DNA of 64,000 nucleotides, from NCBI GenBank assembly GCA_050273025.1, contig CP158635.1:20522001-20586000 (forward strand). The letters run 5' to 3'. The position numbers and the translations under genes were made by a program. Of this stretch, positions 28,001-39,913 are shown piece by piece. The notes beneath the pieces were generated by a model, which worked only from the letters and a program-made list of their open reading frames with translations, had not been told where the DNA came from and did not search any database. The stretch's first letter is position 1; each line of letters starts with the position of its first letter. This DNA is from Cenococcum geophilum. Taxonomy: Eukaryota.

Positions 28001-29587
28001 GTACGGCTTAGAAGGAGGTTAAGAAGTTAATAACTTAGAGTACTAGCTTGCCGCTAAGATATATAACGTTAACAATAATATAGAAGTTAAAGTTGTAGTT
28101 ATCTTTAAGGGTAAACTTAAATTGGCTAGGGGGCTTCTGGTTTATTTAGTAGTAATAATAGTACTTTATAAGATACTTAATTGCCTTAACCTTAACTTTA
28201 TAGCCTACTTATTAAAGAACCCTAAGTAATTAATAAATAGATAGGTGGCTAAAACGATGGTGTAGTTAACGTAACTCTAACTTAGTTAAATGGCTCTAAG
28301 TAATACTTTTTTCTAGTTAATAAAGGAGTAACTAGGGGTAATCCTACTTACCTATAACGGGCACCCAATTATCTCCCTAAACGAGTATATTCTTAAGGTT
28401 ATTAAGCTTAATACCTAATTTATTTATATCTTTAATACAAAATAGAAATGGGGTATTTGTAGAAATAACGTAGAAAGTGATATGCCTTAAGGGGGTTTGG
28501 ACCCTAATTGTGCTAAAAGAGATTATAGTACCCTTACTAAAATAAATTGTATATTAGCCTGCCGTTAAATAGTTAATCTAAATAGAGCTATTAAGCTACT
28601 AAAGGGCTTGAACTTAAGGTTTTCCTACTATAAATACTCCTGCGGCTCTAGTATCTAGTATAATACTATAAAAAAAACATTCGCTAAGTATTTATTATTA
28701 AAGAAGAACGCAGAACTCTCCCTTAGCTTATTAAAAATATTTAACTTTATAATAGAATAGAGCGTAGATTAGTTATTAAGAATAGTAACGGTTTATATAC
28801 TATTTACCTTACTATACTTAGTAAAGTATTAGTTAGGAGAGTAGTCCTTAATTTCTATATCTATAAGGAGCTGTTTAGCCTTATTAACCTTACCCTTAAG
28901 ATCTTTTACGCCTTTATATTAAACTAGAAAGCTTTAAAAGTAAGCTATAGTGACCTTATAATTTCTAACGTTTCTTATACTTTAGCGAAACTTATTATAT
29001 ACCTCCTTTTATTTATTAAAAGAATGCCTAGTTAACTAATAATTCGGTTTCTTATAAACGTAGCACTTCTTTTAGTAATTACTTTAAAATAAACCTCTAT
29101 AAGGGCCTCCACCTTTACCTTATAGTTGTTAATTATACCCTCTACCGTATTATTTACCCTAGCTACTATATATTCGATTAGTCTAGTTATAATTATATTA
29201 GTTAGGCGGGTTGATTAAAGTAGGTTAAAGTTAGGCGTTAAATTGCTATACTTTTTAAGAGCGTAAAGTAGTGCTAATAGAAGATCTTAATTAAGTATAT
29301 ACTCCTTTATAAGTATTTATAGGATTAAAAAGTATAAGGTTATATTCTTTAACGCCTTAATATACGCTAATAATTTAATTACATAGGCTAAAATCCTCTT
29401 AATATAATTCGGATAAACTATGCTAAATTATCTAAAGTTAATTAAAGAGCTTTTAAAGATAATTAAGCTAAGGGATACTTAGGTTTATAGCAATAATCCT
29501 TAAAAAGGTAGTTTCTCTCTATTCTAATATATACTGCTACTTATTCTCTTTTATTTTAAAGTGGTATTTTAACTTATATATTATACG

Positions 29588-32500
29588 TGTTACGGACGCT
29601 TTAAGTATAATGTTACGACTACTTAGAGAAGAGTTGGAAGAAGCTAGTTAGTTAATAAGAGCACGGTCTAGGATGGATTTGGTAGAGCTATATAATAAGG
29701 AATGGTAATTAAGGTTACATAATATGCTACGTATTAAACGAGAGGAATGAGAGGAACTTACGTACCTTATATATAATACGTATATTACGTATAAGAAGGA
29801 TTTTATAGGAGTACGGTTGTGTATTTAAGGACCCTTAGTCCCTACCTAGATAGTTCCTTCCTTGTAGTAATTCTTAGAATATAATTAGAGTTAATTTATT
29901 AGGCAACCACTCCACTAGTTATTATTATGTTGTTAACTTTAATTTGTATTACCTATATACCTAGCCCATTAATAAGCCTACCGTAGTACTTGCTATAAGG
30001 TTCCGTTATATAATTACTACCTAGTTATAGTATTAAATATAGAAAGTTAAATAATATGCCACTAAAAGTAGCTACTATAACGCCATTGACGGCGGCAACT
30101 ACTTTAGGGTTAGGAGGTGACACTAATATAGCGGACACTAACTTATAACAACCTATAACGGTAGAACAATTATAAAAAATAGTTAACTAGTTAATAGAGA
30201 ATAATGCAGCACTTAAAAATAGGATTAATGGGATAGGTATAGTAAAGGTTAAGTTACTATCGATTGAAAGATTTTTAGGAGAGAGATTGAAGCTTAAAGG
30301 ATTCCTTATATAAATGCACTTTAAGGTCGCGTAAGAGGGAGTAAAGCTGGCGACACCTATAGATTAAATAGCGTACGCAGGGCTATTCTTAATAGGAAGA
30401 GTACTTAAATAGTTTAAGCCTTACCTTATAGAAATATAAGTAAATGGAATAATAACTATAAACCAAGAGGTACGGTTTATATTTTTAAGCTAGAACGGAT
30501 TTATAGAATAACTTACGTAAATATTTGGAGACCTAGAGGCAGTAGCTATAGCGGAAAGAAAACTCTAAGATATTACGCAATGAACCTTAGCAATTAAGTA
30601 TATAACGTAGTTTTAAATATTAGCAATATAAGTTAAGTGGAATAATAGGGCGCTTATGGCACAGTATAAGTAAGGACTTAAGGCTAAAGTTTAAAATATA
30701 ATTATCCTAATAGAAGATGCGGACACCCTAAGGGAACTAATAGATTAAGCGATAAAGATTAATAATAGGATCTACTAAAGGGAATAGACTAAGAGAGGTT
30801 AGGATAGAGTTCTATAGTTATATAAGACGCAGAGTACGTAACGACTAAAGCTAAGTTAGAAACTATGGTATGGCGCAGAGCTAATGGACCTAAGTAGTAC
30901 TAAAGAAGCCTATAAGAGATGGAGTAAGAAACTATAAAAACCTAGAGGTTAAGAATTTAGTAATTATAGGACTAAGAAGCAGAGGCTAAACTAGGGATCT
31001 TAACAGTAGAAGACGTTTAGGCGGACTTTATAGCAAAGTTAATGGTTTAAAGACGGAGCTTATATAAATTACGGAAAACAAGGTTACTTCGCGAGGGATT
31101 ATAAAGATGGTTAGAATTACTATATAATAAAGGGAACTAGACTAATAGTAGAAGACATATATGTATAGGGGAACGATAGTGTACTATAAGGAATAAAAGA
31201 GTATTCAATTAGAAGTTTTGCGTTTTGTTATAATAACGCATACTAAATTTATAAAGATGCTAAGTATAGCGTAAGCTATTAGCTATAAGAGCTAAAATCT
31301 ATAAAGTGTAGAGGAACTAATAAACCAGTTCGCAGATTGGATATTAAGGATAATAAATTTAATATAGGCGAAACATTTTATAATAATAAGGCGATAGAGG
31401 CGGCTTATTAGGAGCACGTAGACCTTAGAGATGTTATACTAGAGGTAAAGGATAATCCCACTATAGAATAGGGAACATTAGTAGGGATTAAGACCCTACT
31501 AGACACGATGTTTATCGCTTCGCGAGACACAAGAGAAGTAGAATAGCGAACTACTTCGGCACTTAATAAAGGCAAAAGGCTAAAGGCTTAAGATTCTTAA
31601 GACGAGATAAGAGACGACTAAGATTCTTAAAGTAAGATAAGGCACACCTAAGGACCTATAATGGACGAAAACCGATAAAGTAGGGCAGTAGCTTAGTTTA
31701 AAGATATATAAATAAGCTTGGGATAAGAATTCCTAACGGCATAAGATTCTTAAGACGAGATAAGTAAGATTTAAGACTCTTAAGATGAGATAAAAACACT
31801 ACGGACGCCTAGTTAGACTAAGGCGGGAGCTAAGCTTAAGTTAGAAGCAAGCTTAGGATTAAAGAATCTAAGAGACTAGCAATTTAGAGTACGAATTAGG
31901 ACACCCATAAGTAAGAGGTAAGGGGCTTTTTTATAGATTAGAGAATCTATAATATAAACAGTAGTTAGACTAGGAGATAAATATATGGACCTAGAGGACC
32001 TACTAGGAGAACGCAGTGTTTGGCCTAAAGATTAAAAAGTTAATACTAAGATTAAGAAGTAAGGTGACTTTAAGGATCTACTTATAAGACGCGAAAGAAA
32101 AGAAACTATGGAGGAATTTAGAGTAAGAATTACCTTATAGCAAGAACAGAAACTAGATAAGAGATCTAATATATTGGGACGTATAAGGAACAGAGCACTA
32201 GTATAAAGAATCACTAATAGACCTAGAATAGGCACACTAAGAGCTAAGTGGCTTACTAAACTGGAGTAAGAAGAGGATTTAGGGATTTCTACTAGGTTTG
32301 AGGAACGACATACTAAAGGCTGTTACGATATAGTAATAAAGAGATATTTCCTTATAAATAAGCCGTATATACTTAAGCAGTTATACCAAAAGTAGTATAG
32401 ACAACGACACAATAATAAGTAGGAAGATTTCTATATATGGTTAGACGAAAAAGTTATCTAAGACTACCTAATTATAGAAAAGGCTATGACTTATATTAAA

Positions 32501-35500
32501 GGAGCCTTAATTATAATATTAAAGGATTTAGAGGAGTAATTAGAGGACTAGAGAAGTAAAAGGCGAATCTTAGTACCTGCGAACGAAGTTGCAACGCTTA
32601 GATTAATACGAGATAGGTTTAAACTTAAAGATAAAGACGAGCTAAGAGTTGACCTAAGATATTAAGCATATTATACACTATTGTAGATAGTATATATGGA
32701 TGATGCGTGTAATATATATAGAGCACTAAAGGACAAAAATTGGAAGTATCTAATAAGGATGTATTGGAGGACGGATAAGGTAAAATATTAAAACGCTAAG
32801 TATATATATAGTTGGCACCTAGTAGAAGTTTAAGAATAAGGAGACTTAATACTTTAACTAGGAAGATTCCTTATAGAAGAATACCTAGATAAACGATAAT
32901 GGTAGGAATGTCCAGAGAATACCTATCTATGGTATATTAAAGATAAAAAGCGAACTAAGTATTAGCCTAAGATGGACTAAGTATAAATAGGATCTAGTAG
33001 CTAATAGTTGGGAAAAGTAGAGGCCTATAGGACTAGAGGGAGCTAGTGGTAGAGCCTTAGACCCTTAAAGGAATTTAAGGACGGTATCTAAATTTACGAG
33101 TTAAATGGCAAGATTAATAGTTTAAGGCATTAATAGATAGTGGAGCAATAAGGAACTATATCTCGCTAGCAGCAGTTAAAAGAATGGGATTACTATATAG
33201 ACAGAAAGAACGACCTTACCTATTAGTAACAATTTTAGGAGATCTAATAGCCTATAGAGGAGGTATTATTAATCTTAAAATAGGACCAATTTAGTTAACT
33301 ATTAAAGGAAGATAAATCGAGATATCTTTTAATATATTACTATTAGGAAATAATAAGGCAATACTAGGAATGCCTTAGTTATAGGAATATAATCTAAAAA
33401 TCAACTAGATTACAGGTTAAGTCAATATTAGGGATACTCAACGCCATAAGGTGCGATAATAAGCCAAGTTAGTATAATACTAAGTAGGAGCAACCTACAA
33501 AGAAATGGAAAAAGGGCTAAGCTATATACTAAAGAGATACCATAAGTATGGCAAGAAGTTATGGTTACTTAAGAGTAAAAAGCTGTTAGAGTATATAGCA
33601 TGGGACTATAAGATAGAATTAGAACTAGGAATAAGTCTAAGGTTCTTTTTAATCTATAAGCTTACCAAAGAGAAAGGTAGAGCATTAAAAGAGTTTATTT
33701 AAGAAAACTTACGGAAGGAATACATTAAACCATCGCAGTTATTAGCGGGTTATTCAGTACTATTTATACTAAAGAAGAATAGTAAACTAAGGCTGTGTAT
33801 TAACTATAGATAGTTAAACAGTATTATAAGAAAGGATAGGTATCCTTTACCCTTAATTAGCGAGATCTAAGATAGGATAGGTAATGCGCAAATCTTTATA
33901 AAAATAGATCTAAGATGGGCGTACTATTAGATTAGAATTAAGAAAGGCGACGAATAAAAGGCAGCCTTTAGGTTAAAGGAAGGACTGTATAAACCATTAG
34001 TTATATAATTTAGGCTTATAAACGCACTAGCAACGTTTTAGAAGCGTATTAATAATATATTAGGAGAATACTTGGATGAATTTATTATAGTATACTTTAA
34101 TAATATTATTATCTACTTAATAGCTAAGAAAGAATACGGAGAATACGTTAAATAGGTTTTAAAGAGACTATAAGAAGAATAGATACTAGTAGCAATTAAG
34201 AAATGCGAGTTCTTTACTAGGAAGACCGATTTTATAAGATTTATTATTAAACTAGGCCAACTTAGTATAGATCTAAAGAAGATCGAGGCTATAGTAAATT
34301 AGTAAGAACTAGAGAATGTTACGCAGTTAAGATTATTCCTAGGGTTTTATAATTACTATAGAAGGTTTATAGCGTAGTGGTTAAAAGATATTAAACTACT
34401 TACGCGATTAATAAAGAAAGAAGAACTATAGGTATGGGGAGAGGAATAGTAGGGACTCTTTAAGAAAATTAAAGAGTTGTTTACTTAAGAGCTAGTTCTT
34501 AAGATCTATTAACTAGGACTAAAAACGGTTATAGAGATAAATGTATTAGACTTTATACTAGGGGCATACTTTATATAAAAGTATTTAGATGGATGGCACC
34601 TAGTAGCATACTATAGTTAGAAAATAACACCACTAGAGTTAAACTACGATATCTATAATAAAGAGTTATTAGGTATAATTACAGCACTAAAGAAATAAAG
34701 GGCATTCTTATAAGGTATAGAGAAACTATTTATAGTTAAAATAGATTATAAGAACCTAATAGGATTTTTAATAATAAAGGAACTTAACTAAAGACAGGTT
34801 AGATGGGTAGAGATACTTATAGAATACTATTTTAAGATTTAGTATACCAAGGGTATAGACAATACGCGGGCCAATACGTTAAGTTAAAAGGCTGAATTAT
34901 AAAACGACAAGAAGCTATTAGGGGCTTTACTATAAAGAGACATAGACGGGTTAATTAGATATAATTATCCGAAAATCGCAGTAACTTAAGAAGATAAGCT
35001 AAAAAGAGTTTATAAGTTACTAAAAAGCTTTTAGGTATAAAGAATTTTAGAAGTATAGCTAGAAGATCTATAGTCGGATATATACGAAAACTAAGAAGTA
35101 AAGTATATCCCAAGAAGTATAGCGGAGTAGTTTATAGAAGACTTCTATAAGGGACTAACTTAAGGATATAATAGAGCCACGGGCTTAGTATTAAGACTCT
35201 AAGAGGAGTACATTATTAATGGAATCTAGAGGATAGCTAGGAAGGTCGCTAAGGAGTATTTAGATTGCTAAAGAAATAAACTAACGAGGTATAAGCTATA
35301 TAGAGGGCTATAACCTATTAAAATACCAGAGAGACTATAGGAGGTTATATTATAGGACTTTATTATTAAGCTACTAAAGTTAAGAGACCCTATTACTGGA
35401 CAGGATTATAACGCGATTTTAGTAATAGTAGACAAGCTTACGAAGTAGGGATACTTTATAGCCTATATAGAAGAAATCTTAGCAGAGGATATCGCTAGAA

Positions 35501-37535
35501 TCTATATTAAAGAAGTATTTGTAAGATATAGAGCACTAAGTAAAATTATATTGGATAGAGATCTAAGATTCGTAGTAGTATTCTAGAAGGTATTTTTAGC
35601 GGAGTAAGGAGTTCAAGCAGTAACTTTCACTGTATATTATCCGCAGATAGGCGGTTAAACGGAAAGATTAAATTAGATACTAGAGCAGTATCTAAGATAT
35701 TATGTCAATCACGTATAGAATAATTGGGTATCGTTGTTACTAGTTATATAGTTTACGTATAACGCAACACCTTAAGAAGGAATAGGTATGTTACTATTTA
35801 AGGCAAATTACGGATATAAGCCGAGAACATTATTATCGCTATATTAAGTAAAGAAAATGAGTAGCACAGCTAAAGAAAGAATAAAGACATTAATAAATCT
35901 TTATATAGACCTTATAGAATTAGCAAAGGAAGTATAAGAGAAAATAAAAAGGTACTATAATGCTAAGAGATCTAAGGGACTAGATCTTAAGGAGGGAGAT
36001 AAAGTGTGGCTATTATATAAAAATTTTAAGAGTTAACGACTAAGTAAGAAGTTAAACTACGTTAGACTAGGACCTTTTAAAATTACGCAGAAAATTTCAC
36101 CGGTCACGTTTAAGTTAAACCTACTAGCTAAAATAAAAATCTACCCTATATAATATATTGTAATACTAGAGCTAGTATACGGGAATATTAAGCTACTAGT
36201 CTATAAGGCAGACATATATAGAGGACAAGAGGAAGATAAATAGTAAGTTTTAAGGATCGTTAGCTATAAGGATATTAACGATAAAACATAGTATAAGGTA
36301 AAGTGGATAGGCTATAATAAGACTACTTAGGAGCTACTAGAGAATTTAAAGAATGTTATAAGAAAGGTATAGGAGTATCGGAAGAAAGTAGGTTAGGCAA
36401 CATTAATAAAGAAGAATCGCTAAAAAATAAGTTACCTAAGGGGGACCTAGGAAGAGCGACTACCGAACTACTTAGAGTTATTCCCTTTATAGGAAGAGAG
36501 TTGGTTCTCTTATTACTAAGTTCCTAAAGACCTTACTTTATAAGTTTTTACTCCTTAGAACGGACCTTCTTACGAACTTTCTTAAGACGAAGTAGCTGAG
36601 TAGACGCCGTAATGCAAGTATTTAGGGCCTTCTGCTTAGCGTTATGGGAACGCTTAAGCTTGGCAAGAGCCTGCGCTAGATTACCGTTAAGCTTCGCAGC
36701 CGTAGATTAAACACGAGACCCTATAATAAATTACTTAGGGAACTTAAAGACTACTAGGAGTTATAGGACGCGTATACTTAGCGTTAGAAGTAGAGCGAAC
36801 ATCGCAGGACGATTAAATATTTGCTTTGGTGCACTCCGAATAAGAGGAGGGTTGCTAAGATAAAGGACTCGCCAACGCAATATAAATTAACCCCTTTCTC
36901 GTATAACGAGAACACGGAGATAGTATGATTTTACTAAGCAATAATATAGCAGTAATAGTGCGGGCACGACGTTGCGCGTGTAAAGAAGAAGATGCTTTAG
37001 GTATAATAAGTAATGACATTAACTAAATTAATTAGGCGGACATTATACCTCTAGTAAACGACTTGGAGATGCTAGAAATCTTTAAGGACGAAGATAGAGA
37101 GAAGGGAGATAGTGTTACGGACGCTTTAAGTACAATATTATAACTACTTAGAGAAGAGTTAGAAGAAGCTAGTTGGTTAATAAAAGCACGGTCTAAGATA
37201 GATCCGGTAGAGCTATGTAATGAGGAATAGTAACTAAGGTTATATAACATACTATATATTAAATAAGAGGAATAAGAGGAACTTACATACCTTATATATA
37301 ATACGTATATTATATATAAGAAGGATTTTATAGGAGTACGGTTGTGTATTTAAGGACCCTTAGTCCCTATCTAGATAGTTCCTTCCTTATAGTGATTTTT
37401 AGAATACAATTAGAGTTAATCTATTAGGTAACCACTCCACTAGTTATTATTACGTTGTTGACTTTAATTTGCATTACCTATATACCTAGCCCATTAACGA
37501 GCCTACCGTAGTACTTGCTATAAGGTTCCGTTATA
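29588..37535 (+). mobile_element. Full-length Ty3/Gypsy chromovirus-type LTR retrotransposon related to 1110-8033, RIP-inactivated
   Basis: LTRs 29588-30010 and 37113-37535; TSD ATACG. gag ATG ~30056, CCHC ~31060-31102, protease ~33135, RT ~34093, RNase H, integrase, chromodomain ~36240-36380. Confidence 0.96.
36480..37019 (-). pseudogene. Antisense spliced accessory gene in Gypsy 3' region (Zn2Cys6-like + coiled coil), RIP-mutated
   Basis: ATG at 37019. PCSR(C)TRKGLI(C)IALASP...S(C)SECTKANIxSSCDV, then an intron (~36721-36776), then WSRVxSTAAKL...RLKKVRKKVRSKExKLIKxGL. 3' end approximate. Confidence 0.75.
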
Positions 37536-39183
37536 ATACGGTTAAAATTATATCCTTTTCCTACCAAATAGTTATAATAGAAGGTACTAGCTCAGCCCTT
37601 AAGTATAACGGAATAGGCGTTATAGTATTAATTAGACTCTATTTCTACTTTCTAGTAATAGTTATAGAAAATACGTAGTTTTAAATTAAGGATATTATAT
37701 AGTTTTCTACTAAACTTCTTCCCCTAATCCGAATAGAGCTTCGTAAGCTCTATAAGTAATTTTAAACTACCTTTAATTTAAGATTAAGATGGAGGAGGTA
37801 GGAGTTGCATTATAGGCTATAGTAGGGACGTAGGTCTAATCGGTAGAGTCTAAAGGTTATTAAATTGCGGAGTAATAGGATCCTATACCTGCTTTTATTA
37901 GGGTATAGTATCTAACATTAAAGCTATAGGTTAAATTGGATATAGAGGAGTTAAGGGCAAAGGTAGATTTGTCTTTAGAGGTGTATTACTTAAATTCTAT
38001 TATAAGTTAAGCTTTCTTATAGTGCGTAGTTGGTGCTTAATCTCTTATAGAGTCTATTCGTGCTCTTCTTTTACGTTAATAACCTACTCCTAAATATTAT
38101 CTCTAATAGTACCCCCGTCTATAGGTATAAATACTTTATACTCCTATAAGAAGTTACGGAAGTCTTATATAATATCCTTCTTTATAGGAGTTTATATTTC
38201 CTTTATTTATCTAATAAAGTCCTCCCTTATATAGTACTATAGTATAATATTATTATATTCGCTGTCTTTATAGTATGCTATATAGTATAATAAGAATCTG
38301 TTTAGGTCCTATTGCTTAGCGTTTATAAAGTTAATTATATTAGTATTCTATATTTCTAGGTTAATGTCCTTCTTATACTTCTTTAGATAGGTTAATGCCA
38401 TAATAGGTATAGAATCGACGGGGTGTTGTACGTTAAAGGTAGGTAGGATTTTTGGTTTTATAGGATCTCGTAGGTTTACTATTAAGAAGTAGGTAATTTA
38501 AGATATTATTTAACGCGTTTTAGACGTCGTTTAACGCGTTTTAGATGTTAACTTAGGACTATAGGTTTAGTAACACTTCTGACCTAAAGTACTCGACCAA
38601 ATCTTTATAAACGTGGTTGTTCTATATAATAAACGCAACTTAGTATCTTCTAGTACTTAGTAACACTTCTATTACTAGTTTTCCGTAAGTTTAAGGTAGC
38701 GCAGTATTGCTAGAATCTATTCCATATAAGCGCATATAGCACCCCTATACGAGACTATCTCTTCTATTCAAAAACCTAGCTACTCTATAGTTAACTATAT
38801 ATTTAACCACTAATTAGTATTAGTTATATAGGGTGACTTACCAATAACAACTACTCGAGTAGGTTATAATAATGTTGGTTAATAAAGCTTATTAATTGGA
38901 ATGAGAAAGGGCGAAGAGCCTAAGACTCCTCGCCACGCTAGTGCCGCGGCGTTACGTGACGACCGCTTGCCTCATTCCCGACAATATTAAAATAGAATAT
39001 TAATTTTTAGCTAAGGATTTATATTATAGGACCCTAGGTTTAGAATATAGAAAGGGATACTATATTAGCGCTATCCGTTAAAAGCAATATATAATTTTAA
39101 GATAAAGGTAACTGGCCGACTAGCTTGGCCGTTATAGCCTTTTACCTAGATAGGCTTCTCTAATTAGGTGGCTTTTATATTTA

Positions 39184-39913
39184 GGGGGTGTTCGGTTGCA
39201 CCTCCATATTCAATATGGAGCCTCCATATTGTAACCGAAATGGAGCTCAAATCTGAATATGAGGTGGGTGTTCGGTAAATCTGACGACTTTTGAATATGA
39301 AGCTCCTCCATATCGGTAAGCGCGTCAAATTTGCAAGCTATACTGTATACAGTAGTTGAAATGAGGTTCTTGGCACCATTTCAATATGTAGCTTTAAGCT
39401 CCCATTCCATATTCCATATTAATATGGAGCTCCCACATACGCGCCAAAGTGACGACTTCTCGTGATATGGCGACTCCACACGCCTCAACCGCGATACTGC
39501 TGTCGCATTTGCAAGCCTTATATAATATTATTGTCTTAACCTTCGTAAACGCGATAAGCTTATTTCTAGGGGCGTCGCAGGTGTCACTGTAACTCGACTA
39601 CGGGTCGCACGGGAGGCGGGCGAAGGCGTAGAAAACGTCGATCGCAGAGAGGGTGTTGGCCGAGGAGGAGGCTCCATTGCCATACTAAAATAGGGAGTCG
39701 CGATAGAGGCCTAGTGGCAGAGAGGGGCTCATTCGAATCGCTCACCAACGTCAATCATGTATTATGCGAAGTCAAATATGGAGCCTTAACCGAACAGTCG
39801 ACTCAATTACATATTCAAATGGTAGCCGCCACTAATTACAAAACGGGTGACACTAAAAAGCGCACGGATTGACAGATTATGAATATGGAGGCAATTTGCA
39901 ACCGAACACCCCC
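39184..39913. mobile_element. PIF/Harbinger (Tourist-like) MITE, weakly RIPed
   Basis: Perfect 17-bp TIR GGGGGTGTTCGGTTGCA; subterminal CCATATT/AATATGGAG repeats; sits in the Gypsy protease region. Flanks TTA / TTT, so the TSD is not exact. Confidence 0.82.

Larger units (their letters stand above)
24331..38983 (-). mobile_element. Ty1/Copia LTR retrotransposon (QTDD-type RT), RIP-inactivated
   Basis: 166-bp LTRs 38818-38983 and 24331-25097 (the latter with a MITE inside); TSD ATATT. Minus strand PLYGIAEAGTHWW...GMQTDD at ~26435-26595; purine tract next to the left LTR. Confidence 0.93.
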
